A stretch of 64,000 nucleotides of DNA, from NCBI GenBank assembly GCA_964016885.1, contig OZ024764.1:20212001-20276000 (forward strand), in the 5' to 3' direction. This DNA is from Eledone cirrhosa (Eukaryota). Of the stretch, positions 1-11,293 are shown piece by piece (the stretch's first letter is position 1; each line of letters opens with the position of its first letter). The notes below the pieces were generated by a model, which was not told the origin of the DNA, made no database searches, and was given only the letters and a program-made list of their open reading frames with translations. Position numbers and translations under genes: made by a program.

Positions 1-70
1 TACATTTACTGTTTTCAACATCACTTTTTATTACAAACTTTACAGAATTTAATTCGGTAAAAATATTTCT

Positions 71-201
71 TACGTCACAAAAATCCTTGAAGCATGCGCA
101 GTGGTGCAGTTGTCGACTTCCTGTCCACGTGTTAGTCTTCCTACAACATCATTTAGACAACATTTCTGTAAATACTAAACACCTGAGACTATAATGTAAG
201 T
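71..201 (+). promoter_or_regulatory. Putative ZNF promoter, non-coding exon 1 and 5' splice site (U1)
   Basis: CpG-containing motif cluster in AT-rich DNA: TACGTCA (71-77, ATF/CRE half site), GCATGCGCA (92-100, NRF1-like), ACTTCCTG (116-123, ETS), CACGTG (126-131, E-box). Donor GTAAGT at 196-201. The core is identical in three copies. Function is inferred. Confidence 0.65.
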
Positions 202-263
202 ATTATGTCTATTAATATTGTAGATTTAAGCTCACTTTTCACATCACAAATATATATTTTCTT

Positions 264-960
264 TGCTCAACCTTAAGTCTCACGTCAGAAATGAAATTTA
301 TTTACATTTTCGATTTATTAAAAACTATTGTTTTTCTGAATACAAAAACTGGTTGGACGACTACGGGCTGGCACTACGTTAGTTGATGTTTTGGATGTAA
401 ATGACATCGTTAATGAGAATATTACACTTGTTACTCTTATACCTGTCATACACGGTGACAATCTATGTTACAGTGGCTCGTAAGACGGCAGTGACAGTGT
501 CAATTGTCCTGTTTGTAATGAAACCTGCACATTAAACCATTATTCTGAGACTCACAAGAAATGGAGATGGCGATGTAACCCCGACAATGTCTCCCAAGCA
601 GTGCGACATAATTGTTTTTTTCAAGGAAGCCATGTGCCACTCGATCACCTTATTTTTATTTTATACATGTGGTGCTACAATTATACACAAGCTGAGATGA
701 TTCGAGAAACGGGAGTCTCCCAACCGACAATTATTGACTGGTGCAATTTTATTCGAGAAATTTACCAGCAATATTTGGAGGAAAATCGCCAACAACTTGG
801 AGGCTTCGATGACAATGGTGAGTCCATCATTGTCGAGATCGACGAGAGCCAACATGGTACCAGAGCTGCTTTATTTCAATCTTATATTGCAGTCTTTGGC
901 GACAGAGAGTTGGTGCCAACAAGTTTGGCGAGATGATAAACTGCATTGGAGCAATTGATA
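264..960 (+). mobile_element. Merlin (IS1016/ISXO2-like) DNA transposon remnant, internally deleted
   Basis: ORF 601-936 reads FILYMW...TIIDWCNFIRE...LGG...IVEIDES, typical of Merlin/ISXO2 transposases. The segment is absent at the paralogous sites in U2 (~18141) and U3 (~32015). Confidence 0.75.
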
Positions 961-1025
961 TGGTGTTTCATTACTGGAAATATAAAATGTTATGGTAATT
1001 ATCTATATTTTACCTCACACCTTAG

Positions 1026-1678
1026 GGGTTAACTACACACTTTGAGGCAAGCCAACACACTGGCAGCAATACCACGGGTGATGGTGAGGCTAAGGTGCTT
1101 AAATAACCAGGTACCCACACGGGTATCACCTGACACCTCAGTAAGGTGAGGCTAAGGTGCTGAAATAACCAGGTACCCACACGGGTATCACCTAACACCT
1201 CGGTAAGGTGAGGCTAAGGTGCTGAAATAACCAGGTACCCTCACGGGTATCACCTGACACCTCAGTAAGGTGAGGCTAAGGTGTTGAAATAACCAGGTAC
1301 CCTCACGGGTATCACCTAACACCTCAGTAAGGTGAGGCTAAGGTGCTGAAATAACCAGGTACCCTCACGGGTATCACCTGACACCTCAGTAAGGTGAGGC
1401 TAAGGTGCTGAAATAACCAGGCACCCTCACTGGTATCACCTGACACCTCAGTAAGGTGAGGCTAAGGTGCTGAAATAACCAGGTACCCTCACGGGTATCA
1501 CCTGACACCTCAGTAAGGTGAGGCTAAGGTGCTGAAATAACCAGGTACCCTCACGGGTATCACCTGACACCTCAGTAAGGTGAGGCTAAGGTGCTGAAAT
1601 AACCAGGCACCCTCACTGGTATCACCTGACACCTCAGTAAGGTGAGGCTAAGGTGCTGAAATAACCAGGTACCCTCAC
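1026..1678 (-). repeat. 62-bp minisatellite (~10 copies, 1083-1678) amplified from the 3' end of a CRE-clade LINE ORF
   Basis: Unit gtaaggtgaggctaaggtgctgaaataaccaggtaccctcacgggtatcacctgacacctca. The minus strand reads EVSGDTR(V/E)GTWLF(K/Q)HLSLTITRGIAASVLACLK, homologous to the CRE ORF end at ~34012-34115. Confidence 0.85.
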
Positions 1679-2022
1679 GGAAACGACTAGATTTGTAGAA
1701 AAAGTAGGGTGAAAGTATACGAAGAGATGTAGTTTCACAGATCTACTCACACCTCACGTTGAGTGGGAATTAATTATTTTTCTAGACCCCTTTTCAATAT
1801 TTCCTCTGGACCCCTTAGATACTTGCAATAGACATTTTATTCCCCAGTATTAGGGTTAGGGTTTCCGTTTTCAGGAAGAAAAGTCGATTGCAAACATCTA
1901 AGAGGTCGAGAAATAAAATTAAGGAAAGATAATTATTTCCCAGCCAACTGGAGAAGTGTGTAGCTCTTCTAAACTCTGATAATCCTGTCTCCCACTTCTT
2001 TATCTACAAATCTAGTCGTTTC
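1679..2022. mobile_element. MITE-like element with ~24-bp TIRs and internal inverted repeats
   Basis: ggaaacgactagatttgtaga... at the left end and ...tctacaaatctagtcgtttcc at the right end. Central TAGGGTTAGGGTT. Paralogues at ~18913-19268 and ~34709-35069. No TSD seen. Confidence 0.7.
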
Positions 2023-2149
2023 CTGCTACTTTGAAGGCCCTATTTATTGATAACACCACTTGTAAATCTTTGTCAACTTTTCATACGTAAATTGTGAATC
2101 AGTTATTTTTAAACAAACTATCAAAGAAGTGATCTCACAGTAACTGTGT

Positions 2150-2370
2150 TTGATTTAATCAACTTATTCCCCCCCAAACATTGTCGACCTTGTGTCTAAA
2201 TCAGAAAATATTATTAGATCTTAAATCAACCCCGTAAAGATGAAGGGCAAAGCTAACCTCGGCGGGATTTCAACCCTTTATGTTATGACTTCAAATCCCA
2301 CCAAAGTTAACTTTGTCTTTCATTCTAACGGGGTGGATAAATTAAAGTTCCAGTAATCTACTGGGGTCTG
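2150..2370. mobile_element. SINE fragments (cephalopod Nin-domain-like), including an inverted pair
   Basis: aaatcccaccaaagttaactttgtctttcattctaacggggtggataa (~2293-2340) and its reverse-complement relative (~2223-2270). Paralogue at ~19395-19612. Confidence 0.55.
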
Positions 2371-2420
2371 AGATATTAAATGTTTGAGTAGATTCTATCT
2401 TTTTGTGTGTTTGTATTTAT

Positions 2421-2805
2421 TCTCTCAAAGACAATGACACACGACCGTGACTTCTGGCGTCACGCAGTAATACAGAGTACCCGACCTCCAATGTTTACAT
2501 GCTGAAGCATATAAACAATATGCCCCCACACCCCCCACCGCAAGGTGGTCGTGGAGGTGCCACGGCAAAAAAGCACCCAGCCCACACTGTAAAGTGGACG
2601 TGTAGGTGCCACGAAAAAGCACCCAGCACTCACTGTAAATGAGGTTGGTGTTAGGAAGGGCATCCAGCTGTAGAAATCAAGCCAGATCAGTTCCTGTATG
2701 AGCAAGGCATGGTCAGCCAACCAGAAACTGCACACAACAGGACAACCCGTCTAACCCATGCTAGCGTGGAAGAACGGACGTAAAACGGTGATGATGATGA
2801 TGATG
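2421..2805 (+). mobile_element. 5'-truncated RTE LINE 3' end with (GAT)n tail
   Basis: Nearly identical to 26306-26675. Ends gatgatgatgatgatg. The empty site gtatttataatctt is present in U2 at ~19664. Confidence 0.88.
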
Positions 2806-2812
2806 AATCTTA

Positions 2813-3243
2813 TTAGAACACCTGTGACCTGTTGGGTCACGTTCCCTTTAAAAATAATTTTTAAATAATTAAAATATACAGACATGTCTATAATCTAAAA
2901 TGAAATTAGTAGTTAGGCCCATGTTTATATATATATATATGCGTGTGTGTATATATATATATGTGTGTGTGTATATATATGTCACAGACACACACACACA
3001 AGTCACTTGTTATAATTTTAAAATTTCGTTCAACAACACCATCAGCTCTCTCTCTATTTATGAAGGTACCAGAAAAAACTCATATCTCGGGAACCTGTGC
3101 TCTGATTTACATGAAACTTGTTTTATCCCATTTGTATTCCCATTTCAGGGTCAACTTCCTTTCAAACTATTTTCCCATTATGCCCCGTTTTGACTGTATT
3201 ACATTACAGACAAGACACAATCACAGAATTTTAGGTTTATAAT
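2813..3243 (-). mobile_element. Non-autonomous Helitron-like element
   Basis: Reverse complement of the 11294-11686 family. Internal (TA/TG/CA)n microsatellites. CTAG-type end at the left (ctag intact in the U2 copy at 19672). Confidence 0.6.
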
Positions 3244-3293
3244 GTTATAGTATCATGATAGGGTAATACAGTTATTTATAGACCTGTGGTAAA

Positions 3294-3581
3294 TGTTGGT
3301 TCAGTCCACCCTGGGGGGTGTTAGTGTTGGTTCAGTACACCCTGGGGAGTGTTAGTGTTGGTTCAGTACACCCTGGGGAGTGTTAGTGTTGGTTCAGTCC
3401 ACCCTGGGGGCTGTTAGTGTTGGTTCAGTCCACCTTGGGAGGTGTTAGTGTTGGTTCAGTCCACCCTGGGGGGTGTTAGTGTTGGTTCAGTCCACCCTGG
3501 GGAGTGTTAGTGTTGGTTCAGTCCACCCTGGGGGGGTGTAAGTGTTGGTTCGGTCTACTCTGAGGGGTGTCAGTGTTGGTC
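3294..3581. repeat. 31-bp minisatellite (~9 copies)
   Basis: Unit ttggttcagtccaccctggggagtgttagtg. Paralogue at ~50807-51153. Confidence 0.92.
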
Positions 3582-3599
3582 AATGATAACCTTTATAAC

Positions 3600-4012
3600 T
3601 AGAGGCCTGTTGGTGAGGACAAGCTGGATGTGGTGACATCTTTCTGCTACCTGTGTGACATGTCAGCTGGAAGTGGAGCCAAGTTCACTGCCATCGTGCT
3701 GTGCCACTCCACAGGTAACAAGTTTAGGCAGCTTCTCCTAATCCTCAAGACATGCTGGCTACCATTAGACACCATGGGGCAGGTTTATAACACCTGTGGG
3801 AGAAGTGTGTTGTTTCATGCCAGCGAGACCTGGGCCATGTTATCTGACTGTCTGAATTGACTCTGAAGAAATGACAGAGCTATGATCCACTGGATGTGTT
3901 GTGTGACCATTGAGGATGATGTCATCTCAACTGAGCTCCTAAGAAAACTGCTGATCGACAACCTCAAGGATGTGTTTCACAGGAGACACATGCACTGGTA
4001 TGGCCATGTTGT
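3600..4012 (+). mobile_element. Degenerate RTE LINE C-terminal fragment
   Basis: VGEDKLDVVTSFCYL, TCGRSVLFHASETWAM and RNDRAMIHWMC motifs, with stops. Confidence 0.8.
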
Positions 4013-6250
4013 GCATTCTCTCTCAACTCATCTATGCTTGGTCGTTGATGCACATTGACATTGCACATCCAACGGAGCATACTTGCTTCATATCTCTCCA
4101 GCCGTTGCATATCCTCTGCAGTTGCTGTCCATATCTCACTACCGTGCAGCATCACACATCTCACGCAGGCATCACCAGCCATTCGTTCTTAGGGAGAAAT
4201 CCTTCTTTGTCAACAGAGGAAGCAGCTCCCTAAACGTCTTCCAACCTGTCCTTATTCTAGATACTATGGCCTCTGAGCACCCTCCTCCCATGCTAATTTG
4301 ATCACCTAGATACCGGAAGCTATCAACCACTTCTATAGAACCTATCTGCATTTGGAAAATGTGTCTATCACTGCGACTTCTACTGTCAGATTTCCCTGTA
4401 CATCTACTGCATATGTATTTTTCCCTACCTGTTAGTTTGCCTGCTATCCCACTACATTTCTTGTGTACATTATAGAATTTATGCCAGTTCCTTTTCTATA
4501 TATTGAACAAGGCCAGTTTTGTCCACTTTTCTACTCATCAACTCTTTTGTCTTAGCTAGGTTCACTCTCAGTCCTCTTGATTCCAACTGCTATTGCAATG
4601 GCCAGAATTTATTCTCTAGCTTCTCTACTGATTCTGCTATAAGAACCAGATCGTCAGCATAGAGAACTTCCCATGGGCACCTAGTCTTAAACTCCTCTGT
4701 TATGACTTGGAGGACTATAATGAACAAGAGCGGGCTGAGGACCGAACCCTGATGTACTCCTGCTTGTATCTGGAATTCCTCACTAAATCCCATGCCTACT
4801 CTCACTTTACTGACTGCACCTCTGTACATAGCTTGCACTGTCCTCACAAACTATTCCTCTACACCTAGGTTCCTTAGGGACCACCAGATGACAGATTGGG
4901 GTACTCTATCAAAGGCCTTCTCTAGGTTAACAAAAGCTAAGTATAGTGGTTTATTCTTCTCTAAGAACCTCTCTTGTAGTTGTCTCACTAAGAAGTGGGC
5001 ATCTATTTGACCCTTTCTCTAAGTTGCGCTAGTATTCTTTCTGTCACTTTCATAACCTGATCCATCAGTTTTATGCCCTTATAATTACTCCTCTCTAGAA
5101 CATCCCCTTTACCTTTACCTCAATTTATGAGAATACTGCTGCACCAGTCTTTGGGGGTGACACCACCATATATAGCTTGATTAATGATGCATGCAACCAG
5201 TTTAATTCCTACTTCTCCTGATGCCTTTTGCATCTCAGCAACTATCCCCAACGGTCCAGCGGACTTACCATTTTTCATTTCCTTAATTGCCTCTTGGACC
5301 CTATAGTCGTCAATCTCAATAGCTGGTCCCTCTGTCAGGTCTACTGAGGGTAGTTTCTCTCCCTTTCATTCTCCACATTCATCAGTCTCTCATAATGACA
5401 TTTCCAGGCCTCCTTTTTTTTGAGAATCAGTGACACTAAGTGCACCAACATCCTGATTTACACTGACACACTGCCTTGCAATGTGGAACACCGCACATCT
5501 CTGATCTCCCCATCGCAGGACATTGGCAAACCTTCTACTCTCAGCCTCCCTGCACGTTAAGTAGACCTGACATCTAGCTTCTCTCTTTGCGGCTGTGAAT
5601 CGGTCTCTACCCCTACCATTTTTCCAAGTCTTTTGTCTCTAATGGCTCTATCTACCGTGCTGTTCCACCACCAGGTCACCCTCTGTCTGGTTGGAGTTCT
5701 GCTCCAGCCACAAGTTTTATGAGTAACCTGCAGTAAGTTGTAACGTAAGAAATTCCAGTTATCATCCATGTCATACGACTCTAAATCGTCTTCTTTTTCG
5801 TCATACACATCTTGAAGGGCTTTCCTAAATTTATATTTTACTGAAAGGTCTTTTAGTTTCCAGACCTTCCTTTTTCACACTTTCTTGTATGTCTCTCTTT
5901 GTCTCTTGCTTACTGAGATGTCACTAACGACTAACCTATGTTGGGGGGGTTACATTGTTCCCTGGGGTATGCCTTAGTATTTGACACCATCTATCTGTCT
6001 TACTCCTTAACTAGCAAGAAGTCAATCTGTCTCATGTGCTCGCCTGATTGGTAGGTTATTAGGTGGTTGGTAGGTTTCTTGAAGTGTTGCAAATGGTTAG
6101 TTCACTTGCATCACAAAATACAAGAAGCCTCACTCCTTCTTCATTTCTTGAGCCATAACCATGACCACTATGTACCCCAGTGTATCCATCCTGGAGCTGT
6201 CCAACATGACCATGGAAGTCCCCTGCTATTATAACTAGGTCTCTGTCATT
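4013..6250 (-). mobile_element. Degenerate RTE LINE (endonuclease C-terminus through RT)
   Basis: GDFHGHVG, QRVTWWWNSTVDR, GVHQGSVLSPLLF, YADDL and LHGSEIW motifs on the minus strand, with many frameshifts. Paralogue at ~51195-53280, truncated paralogue at ~35079-35370. Confidence 0.9.
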
Positions 6251-6790
6251 GTGGTTATCTCTACTTATTCCTTTTCTACATATGGAGCAGGGCCACTTTC
6301 CTGAAGGTGTCAGGGTCTTCTCTCCTATCCATTACTACTTTAGTTTTGGCTAAGTATATTCTCAGAACTTACCATTTCAAATTCTATATCTATAGTTGGT
6401 TATCTACATAGAGAAGTTTCCATAGACAGCCAGTCTTAAACCTCTCTGTTATGGCTTGGATGAACAACAGTGGGCTAAGAACTAAACCATGATGAACTCC
6501 TACCTGTACCTTCAATTCCTCACTAAACACACTTTACTGACAGCTTCTCACAAGCCATTCTTCTACACCTAATTTCTTTAACCCTTTAGTATATAAACTG
6601 GCCATATCTGGCCAGAATTGTCTCACATCTTTCTGTTCAAACTGGCCGTAACTGGTCACTTATACTTATGTTAAGGTATTGTTCTCAAAATAAGTAACAT
6701 CAAAATCTCATAGATTTGATATTATGAGAGATAAAGCATTTACTGTGAAAATATAATAGTAAATATAGAGTAATGTGAATACTAAAGGGT

Positions 6791-7090
6791 TAATCTAAAG
6801 TCACTAATAACTACTTTTATCAGTCAGTTTATATCTAATGTCACTAATAACTACTTTTATCAGTCAGTATAATCTAATGTCACTAATAACTACTTTTATC
6901 AGTCAGTTTAATCTAATGTCACTAATAACTACTTTTATCAGTCAGTTTAATCTAATGTCACTAATAACTACTTTTATCAGTCAGTATAATCTAAAGTCAC
7001 TAATAACTACTTTTATCAGTCAGTATAATCTAATGTCACTAATAACTACTTTTATCAGTCAGTATAATCTACTGCCACTAATAACTAACC
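6791..7090. repeat. 39-bp minisatellite (~7.5 copies)
   Basis: Unit aatctaatgtcactaataactacttttatcagtcagtat. About 1.5 copies in U3 (~35910-35975) and ~10.5 in U4 (~53825-54240). Confidence 0.92.
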
Positions 7091-7221
7091 TATGTTAGGC
7101 AGCACATTCTTAACCAAAGAAGGCCTTAGTATTTATTACAGTCCATTTATCAATATAGAAATATTATATGAAATTTGTACTGATGTATTACAAGTTTCTG
7201 AGTATCTTATAATGTTCTTTT

Positions 7222-7231
7222 ATTATTTCAG
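7222..7231 (+). promoter_or_regulatory. Putative 3' splice acceptor of the ZNF exon
   Basis: gttcttttattatttcag|aatacc, conserved in U3 (~36114) and U4 (~54380). A second candidate acceptor ttttag lies just before the ATG (7690). Confidence 0.5.
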
Positions 7232-7698
7232 AATACCAGAGGACATTGGCATTAAAGAACACGTTTCATCAGACATATCCTCAGCATTAACCATTTCTAA
7301 TGAAAGACACTACCCATCATTTTCAAATAATTTTGGAAACACTCAACACTTTGAAGGGATTTAGTAATATAACTAAATTTCTCAGTATTAAGCTGCTATT
7401 TGGAACATAACTTTGCACAATTTCATGAAGTTATAATGGAAAGTTTTTAGATAAATATAAAGACTGATATGAAAAGGATAAAACACTTTTATATCAGTTG
7501 TTTCATCAACACCATTATTTAAAGACTAAAGGAAGCTGTTATACAGAACAGATACAACCTTGTTTATATAAATCTATGGGAGAAATACTGGGAAATGTTT
7601 AACATAAAGAAGAAAAATATCTATATATTGAGAGGAGAAAAATATTAAAACTGAATTATGTGAGAAACTGAGGTAATTGATATTTTTTAGTGGGAGTT

Positions 7699-9057
7699 AT
7701 GTTGAAAAATATAGTAAAATCACCATTCCACTGTGAAATCTGTGGTAAATCATTCCCTAAAAATACTAAATTAACTAGACACAAACTAAGTCATACAGTA
7801 GAGAAGCCATATCACTGTGATATTTGTGGTAAATCATTCTCTGAAAATAATAAATCAACTAGACATAAACTAAGTCATACAGAAGAGAAGCCATATCACT
7901 GTGATATCTGTGGTAAATCATTCTCTGAAAATAATAAATTAACTAGACACAAACTAAGTCACACAGAGGAGAAGCCATATGACTGTGATATCTGTGGTAA
8001 ATCATTCTCTGAAAATAATAAATTAACTAGACACAAATGTATTCATACAGGAGAGAAGCCGTATCACTGTGATATCTGTGGTAAATCATTTTCTAAAAGT
8101 AATAAATTGACTAAACACAAACGTAGTCACACAGGAGAGAAGCCGTGTCACTATATCTTTGGTAAATCTAAAAATAGTAACTTAGCTAGAGACAAACTAA
8201 GTCACACAGAGGAGAAACCATATCACAATGATATTTGTGGTAAATATTTCTCTCATGTGAGTACCTTAACAAATTACAAACATATTCCTGCAGGAGAGAC
8301 ACCATATTATTGTGATGTCTGTGGTAAATCATTCTCTAAAAATACAAAATTAAAAAGACACAAACAAAGACATTCAGAAGAGAAGCTATATCACTGTGAT
8401 ATCTGTGATAAATCATTCTCTCGAAGTGATCAATTATCTATCCACAAACGTATTCATACAGGAAAGAGACCATATCAATGTGATATCTGTGATAAATCAT
8501 TCTCTCATAGTAAAACCTTAACTACCCACAAACGTATTCATACAGGAGAGAAACCATATCACTGTGATATCTGTGATAAATCATTCTCTCGAAGTGATCA
8601 TTTATTTACCCACAAACGTACTCATACAGGAGAGAAACCATATCAATGTGATATCTGTGATAAATCATTCTCTCGAAGTGATCAATTAACTACGCACAAA
8701 CGAATTCATACAGGAGAGAAACCATATCAATGTGATATCTGTGATAAATCATTCTCTCGAAGTGATCAATTAACTACGCACAAACGAATTCATACAGGAG
8801 AGAAACCATATCAATGTGATATCTGTGATAAATCATTCTCTCGAAGTGGTACCTTAACTACCCACAAAAGTACTCATACAGGAGAGAAACCATATCACTG
8901 TGATATCTGTGATAAATCATTCTCTCAGAGTAAAACCTTTACTACCCACAAACGTACTCATACAGGAGAGAAGCCATATCACTGTGACATCTGTGATAAA
9001 TCATTCTCTCGAAGTGGTACCTTAGCCAGGAATGTGCGTATTCATACAGATGTTTAG
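7699..9057 (+). CDS. Tandem C2H2 zinc-finger protein, 16 finger repeats (13 with intact CCHH), no effector domain visible
   Basis: Open frame with ATG at 7699 and repeated CxxC-x12-HxxxH plus TGEKP/TEEKP linkers. Repeats 6, 7 and 16 are degenerate. AATAAA at ~9326. Confidence 0.93.
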   Translation: MLKNIVKSPFHCEICGKSFPKNTKLTRHKLSHTVEKPYHCDICGKSFSENNKSTRHKLSHTEEKPYHCDICGKSFSENNKLTRHKLSHTEEKPYDCDICGKSFSENNKLTRHKCIHTGEKPYHCDICGKSFSKSNKLTKHKRSHTGEKPCHYIFGKSKNSNLARDKLSHTEEKPYHNDICGKYFSHVSTLTNYKHIPAGETPYYCDVCGKSFSKNTKLKRHKQRHSEEKLYHCDICDKSFSRSDQLSIHKRIHTGKRPYQCDICDKSFSHSKTLTTHKRIHTGEKPYHCDICDKSFSRSDHLFTHKRTHTGEKPYQCDICDKSFSRSDQLTTHKRIHTGEKPYQCDICDKSFSRSDQLTTHKRIHTGEKPYQCDICDKSFSRSGTLTTHKSTHTGEKPYHCDICDKSFSQSKTFTTHKRTHTGEKPYHCDICDKSFSRSGTLARNVRIHTDV

Positions 9058-9527
9058 CTGTATCAATATCAACTCATTACATCATACTACAACAACAACA
9101 ACAATTGTGTAGATCCATCATTCTTGCTAAAACTGGGGTTAACCTTGTAGGTTTTACCTATGACAGGGATCATAAACACCAGGTTTCCATTTTTGAAGCA
9201 GTGTTTGAAGATTTTGTGTAAATTAAAGTTTTTCACATTAAACTTTGATTTATTATACTTTAACAGGTAAGATATATATTTGTATTTTTAGTAAAGGTTG
9301 GGAACTTCTGTAATTTAAACCTGCCAATAAAATGAAAACTTTTGTTGTTGCTAGTCAGACATTGATATTAATTCTATTGTCCTGTACTTTGTCTCAAATA
9401 TCACAGATTAAACAGATTTTAACAATAACAACAGAAATCAATAACTTGTAAGCCTAATATCTAGCTTCCATTTTAACTATTTGATATTGTTATTCCCCTC
9501 CTGTCTCTTCAGGTGTTTTAGATTTCA

Positions 9528-10710
9528 ACTTCTATCTACTGTACTATTCCATCACCAAGGCAACATTCATCTGGCTGGCAGCTTACATCAGCTACAGATC
9601 TCATCAGTGGTTCACAACAGGCTGTCTGAAAGAAACTTCCAGATATCTTCTATGTCATAGCTATCAGTCTCCTCCTCCTTATCATATGTATCATGTAGAA
9701 CATCTCTTAATTTATATTTAACAGGGAGATCTTTTACTGTCCCCACCCTTTTCTCTAGGTTGTCTGGTACCTCTCTCACAGTCCCTCTAGATCTTATATT
9801 TAACAGGGAGATCTTTTACTGTCCCTACCCTTTTCTCTAGGTTGTCTTGTACCTCTCTCACAGTCCCTCTAGATCTTATATTTAACAGGGTGATATTTTA
9901 CTATCTCTACCCTTTTCTCTAGGTTGTCTTGTACCACCCTCACAGTCCCTCTAGATTTTATATTTAACAGGGAGATCTTTTACTATCCCTACCCTTTTCT
10001 CTAGGTTGTCTTGTATCTCTCTCACACTCCCTCTATATCTTATATTTAACAGGGAGATATTTTACTATCCCTACCCTTTTCTCTAGGTTGTCTTGTACCT
10101 CTCTCACAGTCCCTTTAGATCTTATATTTAACAGGGGGATGTTTTACTATGCCTACCTCTTTCTCTAGGTTATCTTGTACCACCCTCACAGTCCCTCTAG
10201 ATCTTATATTTAACAGGGAGATCTTTTACTGTCCCTACCCTTTTCTCTAGGTTGTCTTGTACCTCTCTCACAGTCCCTCTAGATCTTTTACTGTCCCTAC
10301 CCTTTTCTCTAAGTTGTCTTGTACCTCTCTCACAGTCCCTCTAGATCTTATATTTAACAGGGAGATCTTTTACTCTCCAACCCTTTTCTCTAGGTCGTCT
10401 TGTACCTCCCTCACAATCTCTGTAGATCTTATATTTAATAGGGAGATATTTTACTCTCCAACCCTTCTTTCTCCAGATAGTCTTGTATCTGTCAGTCCCT
10501 CTAGATATTACACCTAGTATCTAGTCTATGTTGAGTGGTACGTTCTTCTCCAGTAAAGGAGTTAATATTCCCAACCATCTGTCTATCCTGTTTTCTGATG
10601 AGAATGAAGTCAATCTAGTTTATCTCTTCACCTGATTGAAGTAACTAGATCAAGTAACTAGATGGTTTCCTGTAAGTTAGTGTTGCAGTGTTTGTGTCAC
10701 CATGTAAGGT
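9528..10710 (-). mobile_element. Old RTE ORF fragment containing an 82-bp minisatellite (~9710-10505)
   Basis: Minus strand reads IDFILIRKQDRQMV...REVQDNLEKRVGTVKDLPVKYKLRDVLHDTYD...WNSTVDR, homologous to the RTE EN-RT linker. Unit gatcttatatttaacagggagatcttttactgtccctacccttttctctaggttgtcttgtacctctctcacagtccctcta. Confidence 0.8.
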
Positions 10711-10800
10711 TTATATCTATTAATATAGAGATGTAGTAAAGTTTTCACTGTTGTATCTCTACTTTCTAAATATCTTAATAATGTTTCTCTACTATTTCAG

Positions 10801-11260
10801 AATATCACATGACCTTGACAGAAAAGAGTCTTTTAAAGACAACAGAAAGATGTCACATACAAGTGATATAAACTTGTTTAGTCTGTGGTGAATTATGGTG
10901 AAATATTTCTTCTGAATTGAGATAAATAACAACATTTTCCTTTTTCACTGTCTGGAATATTTACAAGATGATTTTACATTCTGATTAAACTTTGGATATT
11001 TAGAAAGAGTTTTCAAAATATTTGGATATTGACAAAGATCACATTTGATAAAATTATGAACAATACAAATATTTACATCAACATAGGAATATTTTCCAGA
11101 AGAGATGGGAAAATCATTATACCACTAATATTTGTGGTAAAGTATTCTCTATTCTTTATATGTAGAACATCTAACTAAACACTTTAACTAACAAACTATT
11201 GTGCTATAGAATTGACAAACTTGAAGAATGTTTAATAAATGTTACAGATTTCTCCAAACT
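10801..11260 (+). pseudogene. Decayed ZNF stub exon (U1)
   Basis: Acceptor tctactatttcag at 10800. Similar to the ZNF 5' leader (ctgtctggaatat..acaagatgatttta; atattgacaaagatca). ATG at 11105 gives MGKSLYH* (2-bp deletion). AATAAA at ~11234. Confidence 0.65.
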
Positions 11261-11293
11261 GTCGTTTACTAACTTTAATTTGAAGCTATATTA

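Noticed and set aside
1083-1678. CRISPR-like appearance of the regular arrays (62, 31, 39, 82 and 48 bp)
   Set aside because: Units are head-to-tail with no unique spacers, there are no cas genes, and the context is eukaryotic.
1850-1863. Interstitial telomere
   Set aside because: Only two TTAGGG-type units, inside a MITE.
7092-7364. 90-aa ORF conserved in three units upstream of the ZNF
   Set aside because: It spans the putative intron/acceptor, has no recognisable domain and is not continuous with the fingers. Conservation is explained by recent duplication. A uORF role is not excluded.
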